A program made the position numbers and the translations under genes. Below the pieces are notes generated by a model. It searched no databases. It was not told the origin of the DNA and saw only the letters and a program-made list of their open reading frames with translations. DNA of 64,000 nucleotides, taken from contig NC_086097.1 of assembly GCF_963921235.1 (NCBI RefSeq), forward strand, positions 86,552,001 to 86,616,000, given 5' to 3'. Positions 24,685-39,914 of the stretch are shown piece by piece. Numbering within the stretch: position 1 is the first letter of the stretch; each line of letters starts with the position of its first letter. The stretch comes from Mobula hypostoma. Lineage: Eukaryota.

Positions 24685-27455
24685 CAACAGTTCTAATGAT
24701 CCCAAGCAGTTTCAGAATCCAGACTCCTCCGCAATCAATGCAGGTTCCAACGACCTTGGACTCCTTCAAAGTGCCAATTGTGCAAACTTCACTCTGACTC
24801 TAGCCTTGACTGACAGCATCACCAGGCAGGGACTTTACAAGCTAGTGCTGAAACCCCGTCTCCCCTTCCCCCACCACCACTCTGCAATCCTGTGTCTCTC
24901 AGGTCCCACCGTCAGCTCTAGGGTCTTCGGAGACTCCATCTTCCTCTCACCCCACCTTCCCTGAACACTCCAACCCTCTCCTCTCCTCTGACACTACCAA
25001 CCCCCTCCACCTCCCCCCCCGATCCCAGCTCTCATCCATGTTGGGTCTTCACCATCCCCTCTGAGGCAAAATGTTCTGCCCTCAGTCAGGGCCTCATCTT
25101 TGTTCCCCCGCACCCACACTTCAGTGAATTCCACGCCCACCATGACACTGAGCTCTTCTTCCGCCACCTCCATCTCCGTGCCTACTTCTTTGGCAAGGGC
25201 TCTCCACCCCGCACCGATGATCTCTTCTCCCATCTTCAACCCTCCTCCTCCTCCTCCTGGACACCCTGCACTGGTCTTCTGCCTGCTCTGGATCTTTTCA
25301 TTGCCAACTGCCAATGGGACTTCAACCATCTAGACTTCAACACTCCTCTCTCCTATTCCAACCTCACCCCTTCCAAATGGTCTGCTCTCCACTCCATCAG
25401 CACTAATCCGAACCTCACGATCAAACCTGCAGATAAGGGAGGTGTTGTAGTAGTCTGGCATACTGACCTCTTACCTTGCTGATGTCCTGCAACAACCGTC
25501 AGACACCTCCTCTTACTTGCCCCTTGAACAGGACCCCACTAAGGAACAGCAGACCATTATCTCCCACACCATCACTGACCTTATTGACTCTGGTGATCTC
25601 CCATCCACTGCCACCAACCTCATGGTTCCCGTAACCTGCACCTCTCATTTCTACCTCCTACCCAAAATCCACAAACCTGCCTGTCCAGGTAGACCCATTG
25701 TTTCAGCTTGTTCCTGCCCCTCTGAACTCATATCCACATAACTCAATTCAGTTTTATCCCCCCCCCCAACGGTTCAGTCCCTTCCTGCCTACATCCGTGA
25801 CACGTTACACACTCTGCAGCTTTTCAATGATTTCAGGTTCCCTACCCCCCCATCATCTTATTTTACTATGTATGTCCAGTCCCTATACACCTCCATCCCC
25901 CACAAGGAAGGACTCAAAGCTCTCCATTTATTTCTGGACACCAGACCCAACCAGTTCCCTTCCACCACCACTCTACTCCATCTGACGGAATGTCCTCACT
26001 CAGTAATTTCTCCTTTGGCTCCTCCCACTTCCTTCAAACAAAAGGTGCAACCATGGGCACTCGCATGGGTCCCAGCTATGTCTGCCTTTTGTCAGCAATG
26101 TGGAACAGTCTGCATTCCAAGCCTACACTGGTATCTCTCCTCAACTTTTCCTGCGCTACATTGACACTGCTTCCTGCTTCCATGTGGAGCTCGTCAACTT
26201 CATCAACTTTGCCTCCAACTTTCACACTGCCCTCAAGTTTACCTGGACCATTTCCAACACTTCCCACCCCTTTCTTGATCTCTGACTTTAGAGAAAGCTT
26301 ATCTACTGATGTCCATTATAAACCTACTGACTCTGAAACTACCTGGACTATACCTCTTCCCACCCTGTTACTTTAAAAATGTTATCTCCTTCTCTCAATT
26401 CCTCCGTCTCCACCACATCTGCTCTCTGTAGGAGCCATTTCATTCCAGAACTAAGGAGATGTCCTCCTTCTAAGAAAGAGGCTTCCCTTCCTCCACCAAC
26501 GCTGCCCTCAACCGCATCTCTTCCCTTTCACACACATCTGCCCTCACCCCATCAGTGATAGAATTCCTCATCCTCATTTAGCACCAGACCAGCCACTGTG
26601 TCCAGCACATAATTCTCCGTAACTTCTGCAATGGGAGCCCACCACCAAGTACATCTTTCCCTCACCCCCCATGACCCAAACCTCCCCCCCCACTTTCTGC
26701 TTTCCGCGGGGATTGCTCCCTAAATTTGTCCCTCCCCACCGATCTCCCTCCTGGCACTTGTCCTTGCAAGTGGAACGAGTGCCACACCTGCTCCTACACC
26801 ACCGCTCTCAGGGTCCCAAACTGTCTTTCCAGGTGAGGCAACACTTCACCTGTGAGTCTGTTGGGTTTATCTACTGTATATGGTACTCCAAGTGTGGCCT
26901 CCTGTATAATTGGTGAGACCTAACGTAGATTGGAAGACCGCTTCATCAAGCACTACATCCACCAGAAAAAGTGGGTTCTCCTGGTGGCCACACTCAAGTT
27001 GAAGGAGCAACACCTTGTATTCTGTCTGGGTAGCCTCCAACCTGATGGCATGAACATTGCTTTCTCAAACTTCAGATAATGCACCCCCTTCACCATTCCC
27101 CATTCCCATTTCCCCCTCTCACATTATCTCCTTCCCTTCCCATTACCTCCCTCTGGTGCTCCTCCCCCTTTACTTTCTTCCATGGTTTTCAGTCCTATCC
27201 CATCAGATCCCCCTTTCTCCAGCCCTGTATCTCTTTCACCTATCAACTTCCCAGCTCTTTACTTCACCCCTACCCCTCCTGGTTTCACCTATCACCTTGT
27301 GTTTCTTTCTCTCCTCTCCCCACCTTCTTAGTCTGACTCCTCGTCTTTACTTCTCCAGCCCTGATGAAGGGTCTTGGTCTGAAACGTCAACGGTTTACTC
27401 ATTTCCATAGGTGCAGCCTGGTCTGTTGAGTTCCTCCAGTATTCTGTATGTGTCT
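24685..27455 (+). mobile_element. Penelope-like element, same family as 2970-6520
   Basis: FYLLPKIHKPACPGRPIVS, SLYTSIPH, QTKGATMGT, GIY-YIG region and 3' hammerhead. Confidence 0.9.
27356..27393 (+). ncRNA. Minimal type I hammerhead ribozyme in the Penelope 3' repeat
   Basis: cagcc-CTGATGA-agggtcttggtct-GAAAC-GTC-aacgg. Core intact, stem I degenerate. Confidence 0.65.
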
Positions 27456-27910
27456 CATATCTTTAAACATTACTACACAGTCATCCCTCATTCTCCTTTA
27501 TTCCAAGGAATAAAGATTATCCAGGTTAACCCCTCAAATCCTGACCACACCTTTGCAGTTGTTTTTTTTAAAAAACACTAACCACATCATTCCGATAATA
27601 GGGTGACCCAAACTATGTACAGTACTCTAAGTGTGGCTGCACCAATGACTTGTACAACTGCAACATAAAGTCTCATCTCCTCTACTCAATGAAGGTCAAC
27701 AAGCTAAACACCTTTTTCACTACCGTCTCCCTGTGATGCCTCTTATAATGAACTCTGCATTGTATTCCTACACCTCTTGATTCCATTGCACTCCCTGGTG
27801 ACTTCGCATTCACAGTACAAACCCTACATTGGTTTGAATTTCCAAATGTATTTTCTCATACTTATCTGTTATTGAAATAAATTTGCCACTCCTCAGCCCA
27901 CTGCCCTAAA

Positions 27911-28621
27911 TAGAAACCATAGAAACTACAGCACAAAAACAGGCCTTTTGGCCCTTCTTGGCTGTGCCGAACCATTTTCTGCCTAGTCCCACTGACCTGC
28001 ACACAGACCATATCCCTCCATACACCTCCCATCCATGTATCTGTCCAATTTATTCTTAAATGTTAAAAAAGAACCCACATTTACCACCTCGTCTGGCAGC
28101 TCATTCCATACTCCCACCACTCTCTGTGTGAAGAAGCCCCCACTAATGTTCCCTTTAAACTTTTCCCCCCTCACCCTAAACGCATGTCCTCTGGTTTTTT
28201 TTCTCCCCTTGCCTCAGTGGAAAAAGCCTGCTTGCATTCACTCTATCTATACCCATCATAATTTTATATACCTCTATCAAATCTCTCCTCATTCTTCTAC
28301 ACTCCAGGGAATAAAGTCCTAACCTATTCAACCTTTCTCTGTAACTGAGTTTCTCAAGTCCCGGCAACATCCTTGTAAACCTTCTCTGCACTCTTTCAAC
28401 CTTATTTATATCCTTCCTGTAATTTGGTGACCAAAACTGAACACAATATTCCAGATTCGGCCTCACCAATGCCTTATACAACCTCATCATAACATTCCAG
28501 CTCTTATACTCAATACTTTGATTAATAAAGGCCAATGTACCAAAAGCTCTCTTTACGACACTATCTACCTGTGACGCCACTTTTAGGGAATTTTGTATCT
28601 GTATTCCCAGATCCCTCTGTT
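27911..28621 (-). mobile_element. Young CR1 family A 3' fragment
   Basis: Nearly identical to 19226-19921. Confidence 0.92.
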
Positions 28622-28745
28622 GAGTAGAGGAGATGAGACTTTATGTTGCAGTTGTACAAGTCATTGGTGCAGCCACACTTAGAGTACTGTACATAGTTTG
28701 GGTCACCCTATTATCGGAATGATGTGGTTAGTGTTTTTTTAAAAA
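28620..28745. repeat. Inverted duplicate of 27565-27689
   Basis: Reverse complement is identical over about 120 bp except for homopolymer length. Confidence 0.92.
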
Positions 28746-31519
28746 TGATGAAGATCTTCCTGTAATGATAACCACCTTCACCATTCACAACACCTTATAA
28801 TTTAATGTCATTTGCAAACCTACTAACAAACCCTTATGAATTAGCATCTAAATCATTTATATAAATAACGAATAACAGAGTTCCCTGCAGCACACCACTA
28901 GTCACTATCCTCCCTTCCAAGAAAAAAATCAACCTTCAATTACCACTCTATACTTCCTATATCTCTATAGCTAATCTTGAATCCACCTTACTAGCTCTCC
29001 CCAGATTCCACTGGACCCGAACCATCCAAAACAGCGTATCACATGGGACCTTGTCAAAGTCCAAATAGACAACATCCTCAGCACTACTCTCATCAACCTT
29101 TTCAACCACTTCTTTCAAAAAGACTCAAAGGTTTTTCAAGCACAACTTCCCACATGCCAGGTCATGCTGACTCCTCCAATACTGACTCTGCTAGAAGATC
29201 CTGCCCTTAGCAACTTCCCCACTACTGATGTCAGCTGTGAATTTGTTTCTTTAGTAGCGGTATTCCATGATCAGGTGAGCATGTCGCAAATATAGAATGG
29301 TTGCAATGAAGAATTTTGTCAAAAGGTTATTTTATTTGATTATATTTTATTTGAGGAAATCAAACTAAGAAATCAGATAATATTAGATTTAGTAATGAGC
29401 CAAATTCTATTCAGGGACATTGGAATGTGACTGTATTATGAAGTTCAATATAGGGCTTTGAAGTAAGAAAAACAAAACAGCCAAGATTCTATTCGGGCAA
29501 ATTTGATTTCAGTGCAGTGTAATAGAAATCTTCAACAGTAAATAAGGGGCAAATGAGTCAGCAAACCAACAAAAAAAAAATCAGAGAAGATTAAGATAAA
29601 CGATGTGATGAAGGACCATTTGATATCTCTAATGTTATGAGGGCTAAATGTATCAAAAAAAATCAACTATATATGAACTTGAGTTATAAAATACAACTTA
29701 AACCCATAAGGACCAATAAAAAATGCAGTAACTATCATCACCATTGGAGACAACGAATATTCAAATAACAGTAACAATGATATAAGACCATAAGACAAAG
29801 GAGCAGAATTAGGCCATCTGGTCCATCGAATCTGCTCCACCATTCAATCATGGTTGATACTTTTGTCTATCTCCTCCTCATTTCCAATTTCTAGCCTTCT
29901 CCCTGTAACCTTTGATGCCATGTCTAATCAAGAACCTGTCAATCTCTGCCTTAAATACATCCAACGACCTGGCCTCCACAGCTGCATGTGATAACAAATT
30001 CCACAAATTTACCACCCATATAAGAGATAGAAAAATTGAAACAGCCTGAAAAGAGTATAAATTCAACATCAAAGCAGAAGAAATTTATATTCAACACCAA
30101 AAGAATGGTTAGCAGGAACATGAGCCCAATGAATGAAAGAACATCATGAATAAAAATAAAGATTAATGATATTACATCAGTATTTACAGTAGAAACAGTT
30201 TATAGAGTCCATGGAGTCACACAGCCCTCTATGTCTTTATAATGTTCTTGGTCAGCTTTCTAATATCTTTAATTTGTTACATAATATCTAATTATATTGC
30301 ATTGTCATGACAAATTTAAGGCATTAAACGAGCCACAATAAAGCAAGCTCATAATACAGACCATCAACAATTTGGGCACACATTGTCAAAGCCTCTGAAG
30401 TAATTTTTTGGAGTTTCAAAATAAAAATATACTTAAAATTTTCTCTAATTTACTGCTGAAGTATAAGGGAAGCATTGGGGTCTGCAGAGGTACTCAGCAA
30501 CACCGCCAAAGATCATGTGATATTCAGTCCACACTATAGTTATGTAGGTCCAGTCCTTTCTCTTTCCTGATTGGCTGCAAGAGGGTACAGTAGCATACTG
30601 GTTAAAGAAGAATAACCAGTGTTACCGCACTCAGGTAGCATTTGCTGAATTTCATTTCAAATAACCTTTTGATTCTATGCATCTATGCCCACTCTCCTTG
30701 CTTGATGCAACTACTTGAAATACTAACTCATCACCAAAGAGAACTTTGGGAAAAGAAAGAAGGCAAGGAAGGATGAAAATTGTTCATATGTCACCAATAG
30801 TTTAAAATGACCAGAAGTGAAAATGCTCCAATCTTCCCAAAGTCAAAACCCTGGTAAATTCCTTCCTATCCTTTTTTCTTAAAAGAGGTTATCTCTACAC
30901 TCACCAGAAACAGGGTCACTTTTAACAGGAAGGAATTCACCAAATTGGTACTCACTGCATAGAACAGAAACCTTCTTCAGACGACTTTGGAAAAGGAACC
31001 TTTCCCAGACCTCCAATCTGGAACGTATTTTAAAGGTCTTAAAACTGTATCATCTCTCCTATCTCAATTAGAAGAAACCAATAAGTCAAACACAACCGAT
31101 TCTGAATCACCCTACCACCTACAGATCCCAAAAGCCTTGCTTCTCTGAAGTACAGAGTCCATACTTTCAAGCCACTCTCAATAGTTTAATCCAGGGGCTG
31201 ACCGCACCCACCAGGCACAAAAGCTAAAACTAGCATAGCATTCTAACTAAGGACTGACTGCGGTCTTGTAAAAAAACTGTCTAATTTATCTTATGGTCAA
31301 CTCTCCTATAATAATCTTGTTGGACAACAATCGATTTATTCACTGTTCATAACTCTTTAGAAAACAGTAGAACATTGAAATCTTTTTTTCAGTGCGCTAT
31401 ATTAATGCTATTCATGATGGCTGTATGTATGCATGTCCATCAAGCACATGTATAATGCTTTTACTCAGTAAAACATTATTTGGTAATTTCATCCTAAATC
31501 CTCCAACACACCAAGTGTC

Positions 31520-32740
31520 ATAGTCATAGTGTCAAGACATAGAATCAGGCCCTTGTACCCACCACGTCCATGTGAATTTTTCTGCCCATCTACACTATTG
31601 CCATTTGCCTGCGTTAGGTTGTATTCCTGAAATACTCTGCTGCAGAACCTGTAAAGGTCGAGCAGCATCTGTGGAGGGGATGGTACATGTGGGCCTTGTT
31701 TAGTGTTTCCTTTGTGTTTTTCTATGCTTTGCTATTCAAATGTACATGTAAACATCTCTCGTATTTGATTCCACCACTTTCTCTGGGAGTGAGTTCCAGA
31801 CACCAACTCTACCATGTAAAAAAAACAACTTTCTTCTCAAATCCCCTTTAAAACTTTTTCCTCTCACCTTAATCTATGCCCTTTTATTTATAATACCCTA
31901 CCATGTGAGACAAAGATTCTGAAAATTGGCACACTATGTCTCTTATAATTTGATATTATTCTATCAGGTCATCCCTCAGCCTCCTTCACTCCTGAGAGTA
32001 CAACTCCAGCCTGTCTGATTTCTCCCCATTATGAAAGCTCTATAGCCCAGGCAAAATCCTGGTACGTCTTCTCTGCTCTGCCTCCCACTCAATCACGTTC
32101 TTCCTATAATGTGGGGACCAAAACTACATATAATATTCCAACTGCATTCTAAAGAGTGTTTTGCAAAGTCGAAACATAACATTCAAACTGCTGCATTCTA
32201 TGCCCTGACCTAAGAAGGCAAGCATGACATATGCCTTTTATTACTTCATTCCTTTCCTACTTTCAAGGATTCATGGACTTGAACACCTATGCTCCTGTTC
32301 ATCAACATTCCTTTTCAACCAACCATTTATTGTATATGATCCATTTAATATCCCAAAATGCATCGCATCATACCAATTAAGAATAAATTTCACCTGAAAA
32401 TGCTTTACCTAATTTTTTAACTGATCAGCATCCTCTTTTCACTTTCGGCATTCTGGTTTGCTATGCATAATACCATCAACTTTTGTGTCCTTTGCAAACT
32501 TAGTCATCCCTCCTATATTAATCCAAATCTATACTAAACATTATAAAAAAAACAAGGGTCCCAGCACTGTTCTCTGCTGTATACCATGGATTGCAGACTT
32601 CCACTCAGAAAAGCATCCTTCCCTGATTACCCTTTGCCTCCTATCAGCAAGGCAAGTTTGGATCCAATTAGGTAGCTCATCTTGAATCCCATGTGCCTTA
32701 TAACCTTCTGGAACAGACCACCATGCACAACCTTTACTTA
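31520..32740 (-). mobile_element. Old CR1 3' fragment
   Basis: Degenerate LEYYV.FWSPHYRK and KFAKDTK motifs and a CR1 tail. Confidence 0.65.
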
Positions 32741-35146
32741 AGTTATCCTAATATGCACTTTGAAATCAAAATGCTCAGGCAACACATTGCTAATGACTCA
32801 ATCATTATTTTTCCAAATTGTCAATAACCAAGTAGTAAACTTCTTTTGAACTCAGATTTTCACTAGGAGCTTCAGCTTTCTCACACTTACAAAAGAAATT
32901 GATTAACTGGGCTATTCTAATTATCCTTTTGTGTAAAAACATGGCAAAAGTAATCAAAAAGAGAGTCAAGAGAGTCAATGGGTACATGAGCGAGAACAAG
33001 CTGCAAGGTTACAGAGAAAGTATGATAGAGAGAATGGGACTGACATGATTATTCTTTTGGGAGCCACTTCAATGGGCTGAATGGCCTTCTTGTCTATCAT
33101 ATGATCTGATGTTAAATTCAATGGCCCAGATAGTTTGATTATGCCCAGTTTAAATACAAAGCATCCAGTGCATTTTAAGTGTATTCAGAAAACAGATTAA
33201 GAAAATAATCATTGAATATAGACACTTTTCCCTCTCAATTCCTTCTCTGCAAGGAATAATATAATCTAGCTTGCAAAATGCTTTAAAAACACTTGCTTTC
33301 AAATATAAAAGTTTAAAATCCATTCAAAAACCTAGCTAAACATTCTAGACCAAGTAAATGAAATTATCAGTGATATTTGTCACAGAGATCTCTCTAAATA
33401 AAACAACTCAAATGGCTACTTGACCTTCACTTACTATAAATTCCCATGGGAACAAGACTTAACGCAGAATGATAGTTAAGTGGTATCAAACCACTCAACA
33501 CAGTTTGCTCAGCAAATACTGCAGCCAATGTGGAAATCTTGCATTAAAAAAACAAACATTATTAGTTCAGTGCTTCCTCTATGCCAACATAGCCCCTAAC
33601 AGGATGGTCTCAGTTATTCCAGATAAAAAAGCTGCAAGGTATTGAAGCACTGGGGAATGCTGGAAGATGAAGTCAATGTCAGTCCCATTGTAATTCCTCT
33701 CCATCTGTACCTCATGTATGGATGTTGATTAAAGCAAAGCTGAGTTCAGTTACGCCATGGCAAGATATAGCAAGACCATTAGCACAGACAAAATCACACT
33801 CCAACCAGAACTACTGCCATCAAACCATGTATTGTCCCTGATAAATAAAAGGATTTTTTTTAAATTTTATTCTTGTTTGATAGTGAGGTAGAATGTTATT
33901 GGCCAACTGTAATTGCTTCAACAAGACTCCAATTGGATATTCAAATAAACAGTGTAAACTACCCTAATCTGAAATTGCTGCATTTTGCATTTGACTGAGA
34001 TTGCAAATAGCTTCATCACTAATTTGAAAGGAAAATCTGACTTCAGATCCCAAAGAGTAGATTTTTAAAACACTGGTATCTCTGTACCAGCCTGGATAAG
34101 TGATAGCGCTACTTTTCATTCACTGGCCCATCCAATATCTTTTTCTTGACCCATTTAACATTCATCTTCTATGATCAAAATATTAATATTTTATGCACAA
34201 TTTAGGGTGACAATTAAATACATTACATCAGTGAAGATATGTAATTTTATCAATCAACAAATAGGATTTGACTGAAATAATATTTTCCCCAAAACTTTGT
34301 GGAACAAATAGAAAAGCAGCATTTGCAAATCCCATCGTAGTGAGGCTCACAGTGCTCTGTACAGTACTAAAGGATAGCTGCACAGTCAGAATTACCAACA
34401 TCAAACACACAAAAATAAACTGTTGATGTTGAAAATTTGAACTACAAGAAAAAAAAACATTGGATATACTCAGAGGGGCAGGCTGCAACTATGGAGCGAG
34501 AAAGTGTCGAGTAGTACATTATAAGAAGCAAACTGAATTCATTCCCAAATAGGCAAAGGATACTGAGGACAATTGCAGGTTTTAAAATCCAGGGGTTCTC
34601 AGGCAAAGGATTGAAGCAATGATACATAAATTAAAGTATTATCATGACATAAGTGAAAGGTGAACAGAAGGCAAATCTTAACCACACTTGGAATAATTTA
34701 ACTTAAACTCTCTCCACAACACACCCCCACCCCCCAACTCCTATCAAACTACCCTTCTTCCAGAGTCTACTTCTTCCTAAATTCTGAGACTCTGCATAAA
34801 ACTGTGTTTTTGAGAGGTATCTTTGACTTTATTGGTGCATAATACAATCCAATTGAATTGAAGCAATGGAAATTCACAAACCACTTGTAATGATATTAGC
34901 TTTGTGCAATATACATAAACGAGTTTTAATACTGCTTCTTCCTGTGTTTCTAACATTGAAGTCACAGGAATTTATTTCTTATCATGTCTAAAGTTGAAGA
35001 ACATAAAATTAGTAGTTTTCAATGTCACATGAACACTTTTATCTGGCACAGGATAGGCAGCAAAACAACTTACATCCCCATGTTGGTTGATCTCCCATCA
35101 CACCAGTAAGCACACTTTTGTCTAGTGTCATTCATTTTCTAATCTA

Positions 35147-35704
<558 letters not shown>

Positions 35705-37112
35705 CTAAACAGCCAAAAAAAAAAATTGATTTATTCCATCTCAAAGCATGTACATGTTGTCCCTGACAACACTCATCATATCTTCATATTCAGCTGACAG
35801 TGTTACAGTAATTCTTTATTCGACCTACACCACCTTTCATACACTGCAGATACCCACCTGCTTATTCCAGCTTTAATTTCATTAGATAAGTATTGTCAAC
35901 TGTCCTGCTGACCTCTCTGTGCAATAATTGTCAATATCTTTTCAAAACTCAATCTACATACAAGAGAAAAACACTGCCAAATTAGTTGTATATACCTTGG
36001 TAACAGACCTCAAACCATTTGCTTTCTCTCATATAAAGAGAAGCTTTTCAAAGTTTGATTTTGTCATTCGGGTATAGGATCTCAGGTCTGCAGAAGAAAA
36101 GCTTGTTCAATGCCAATGGACTTATTGTGTGATTCTTTTAAAAAAATCTAAATGCAATTCATCTTAAAATTCTAATATTTTGGTTTAAAAAAATCCACCC
36201 CTAATACATTATATATCAAAATTATCTGAAGCAGTTCCAGTTATTGACTGAATTGACACTAGCAGCCAATTTCTGGCTGATATTCTATTAAGTTATTCTT
36301 TGAATTATTCTAACATGGTCTGCTTATGGTGGAGTGATAATGGAATAGTGGATGTTTATCTTAAATGCATACTATATACTTCACAACTGCTTAAACTTAT
36401 TCTTTTGGAATAGCCAAGAATAACATCAAGCAGAGGCACTCTTTCAACCCAGATCAAATGCAAAGCAAAGAGAAATAAGCCAAGAGGCAGTATTCTTATT
36501 TACTGGCCATTCAGCCCTTTAAGTACAGCCAGCTGTCAGCCAATCAATCCCACTCTCCATCTCCTCAGTAGCCCTGCAATTTGTTCTCTCACATATATGC
36601 CCATGATAAGAACAGCAAATTCTTTCATCAACTTCTTCACTCAGAGAGTCATGAGAGTGTGGAATGAGCTCCCAGCACAAGTGGTGTAAGCTTGATTTCA
36701 AGATTTGAGAGAAATTTGGATAGGTACATGTATGGTAGGGGTAAGGAGGGCTTTAATCCCGGTGCAGGTCGAAGGGATTAGGCAGTTTAAATAGTTCAAA
36801 ACAGACTAGATGGGCTGAAGGCCCTTTTCTGTGGTTTACTTTTCTGTGACTCTATGACTAATCAATACCTATTAAGAACATAGAATAGTACAGCATATTA
36901 CAGGCTCTTCGGCCCACCATGTTGTGCCGACCCTCAAACCCTGCCTCCCATATAACCCCCCACCTTAAATTCCTCCATATACCTGTCTAGTAGTCTCTTA
37001 AAAGAGTTGATATGAAACAGCTGCTTTGACATGGAGAGTTAAAAAGTTGCCTAACTTCAGGAACAGCAGGAATCAGAATGCCAATACATTACATATATTC
37101 AGTAATCAACTG

Positions 37113-37865
37113 CAGCGGTCCCCAACCACCAGGCTGTGGACCGGTACTGGGCCACAAAGCATGTGCTACCGGGCCGCGAGGAAACGATACGAATCAGCTG
37201 CACCTTTCTTCATTCCCTGTCACGCACTGTTGAACTTGAACATAGGGTTTCCAACTGTCCCGTATTAGCCAGGACATCCCGTATATTGGGCTAAATTGGT
37301 TTGTTCCATACAGGACCGCCCTTGTCCAGTATTTTCCCCGCTAAGGTAGAGCGTTCCTTTCATGCCGAAACGGCATAAAGCGAAGAAGCAATTACCATTA
37401 ATTTATATGGGAAAAATTTTTGAGCGTTCCCAGGCCCAAAATATAACCTACCAAATCATACCAAATAACACATAAAACCTAAAATAATACTAACGTATAG
37501 TAAAAGCAGGAATGATACGATAAATACACAGCCTATATAAAGTAGAAATAATGTATGTACAGTGTAGTCGGGAAGATTAAGGCAAAACCAATTTGTGGAA
37601 AAAAATTGGCATGTACGTGCATGCGCACGTCACATATGCACACATCATGCATGCGCACACAGGTGCCCGCGCAAAGCTTCATGGTCATGGTAGTCTTTCT
37701 CGGGGTAAACACAAGTGTCCTGTATTTGATTGCTACTTCTGTCCCTTATTTGGGTGTGAGAAAGTTGGCGACCCTACCCCCCCCCACCCCCCGTCGGCTG
37801 GTCCACAAGAATATTGTCAATATTGTTAAACCGGTCCATGGTACAAAAAAGGTTAGGGACCCCTG
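37113..37865. mobile_element. Composite non-autonomous hAT element
   Basis: Outer TIRs CAGCGGTCCCCAACC / GGTTAGGGACCCCTG with a perfect 8-bp TSD ATCAACTG. Inner TIR pair TAGGGTTTCCAACT (37243) / AGTTGGCGACCCTA (ending 37776). Confidence 0.88.
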
Positions 37866-39075
37866 ATCAACTGAACCACAAGAGTAGATTGCAACTTTCT
37901 AAATCTACCTATTTTGGTTTCAAACCTGCATTCAGATGTAACAGAATAATGAAACACAATGGCTGCATGTTGCTTGCCAAATTTTTCCAATTCCCAGCAA
38001 AAATTAACTTATACTAATCAGCAGCAAAATTCAACAACAAATAGGTCAACGGGATGCCACTAAAATAAGAAGACTAATTCTCGCAACACTCTTCACAGAC
38101 TAAAAGGGCAATTCTCTGATCCTGAAGCTATGTAGCTATGAGGGGAAACATCCTCTCAGCACCTATCTGGTTAATCTCCATCTCCATTCAGAGTCAATAG
38201 TGTTGACATATTTTGCTGTCACGATCTTCTGCCAGTGGTGGTATTTCAGTTCAGCTGTCCTGATCTGTGCAATAATTTACTCAAAAGTATGTCCAACATT
38301 TATTTTCAACCAACCATCTGGGAATATAAAAATAAAGTACATTTTTCCCCACAGATACATTGATAAAAATTCAAATCAGTTATATCCAAACTATCAATAG
38401 GCCTCTTCCACTTCTGATGCTGAATGACCTTTCTCCTCACCCTTTCATTTCAAGAGCCATAAGGTAACATGAAACAAAATACTTAGCTTGCTACATAAAA
38501 TTTATTTTTAGGTGGAACAGAGCACTTGGTAAGGCTAGAAAGTATAAGAAAGAAGGTTAGAATGAACCAAGCCAAAAACAAAATAACGCACATGTTGTGA
38601 TTCCCCCCCCCCCCACACTGTATTGAAAGAACACAGGTGTTCCATTATACATAATCTGACATTGGTGCGTGGAACATTACTGAATTTGAAAAGCATTTTT
38701 AACATCCCAAAATTAAACTCTAGTTATGATTCCCAAATGACAGATCACATTAACTTGCCCATTAAGTCACACTGTAAAAGGAAACTTATTTATCTATATG
38801 GGATTTCAAAAGACTATTGAAAGACTGGATGCCTAATTGATGCCTAATTGTAAGATTTTCTTGTCATATAAAAAAATGAACATTTCAAGTGTTTCAATAA
38901 TGTTATCAAACAAAATTGCATACTAAGTTGCATAAAAAACACTCGCCTTGTGCAGCTTGAGGTGATGGGAAAATCAGGTTTATTCTATTTTCATTTATTT
39001 TGGTGCATTTAAAACCGAGCATTTTAACTGTTTTCCACAACTAATTGCTTGATAAACTATATTTTCTAGACAGCA

Positions 39076-39304
39076 NNNNNNNNNNNNNNNNNNNNNNNNN
39101 NNNNNNNNNNNNNNNNNNNNNNNNNNNNNNNNNNNNNNNNNNNNNNNNNNNNNNNNNNNNNNNNNNNNNNNNNNNNNNNNNNNNNNNNNNNNNNNNNNNN
39201 NNNNNNNNNNNNNNNNNNNNNNNNNNNNNNNNNNNNNNNNNNNNNNNNNNNNNNNNNNNNNNNNNNNNNNNNNNNNNNNNNNNNNNNNNNNNNNNNNNNN
39301 NNNN
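39076..39304. other. Assembly gap (N run) in MAP3K9 intron 1
   Basis: Run of n characters. Confidence 1.
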
Positions 39305-39914
39305 TTCCATTAAGCAACACCCTCTCAGCTCAAGTTAAATTTTCAGCCATGCATTGGAGTTAATGCATATCCACATTCTGGTGTTACTGTTAATTGGATG
39401 CTGAACTACTCTGCTGATACCAATTGTAATAACAGTTTAATACATTTAAAAAATAAACACCTCTTGAAGGAAGATATTAGGTACTTGTACTTTCCATGGC
39501 CTATCTACCTTGCAATGTCACAAATGATGTCCTTGTTTTTTTGCACCAATAAGCACAATTATTTATAACCATCCTGCCTCCTCAGTTAGATGTTTTTGAA
39601 CACCCAGAACCCAATATCCTGGAAAACTGATATTCTCCTTATATGCCATTATTGTAAGTTTTAGTACTCACAACCTTCAAAAAACTATATCTTTTACTTT
39701 CCCACCATTACAACACATCCTCCAATCTCAGCTATTTTCTGACTTCCCAAGAATGATGCTTCTTTTCATTAAGATGAAAAATTATAGTCACTCTCAGAGT
39801 AGAAAACAACCAACAAGGCAAATGTAATAATCAAGCATTGTTATAAATTGGAATACCTTATCTTAAGATATAATGGTTGCATATTCAATTTCAGCTTACC
39901 AAAAATATTTTTTA

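Larger units (their letters stand above)
27455..29240 (-). mobile_element. Old CR1 RT fragment interrupted by a young CR1 at 27911-28621
   Basis: Degenerate CR1 RT motifs on the minus strand on both sides of the insertion. Confidence 0.75.

Noticed and set aside
39041-39338. ORFs made of X residues
   Set aside because: Artefacts of the N gap.
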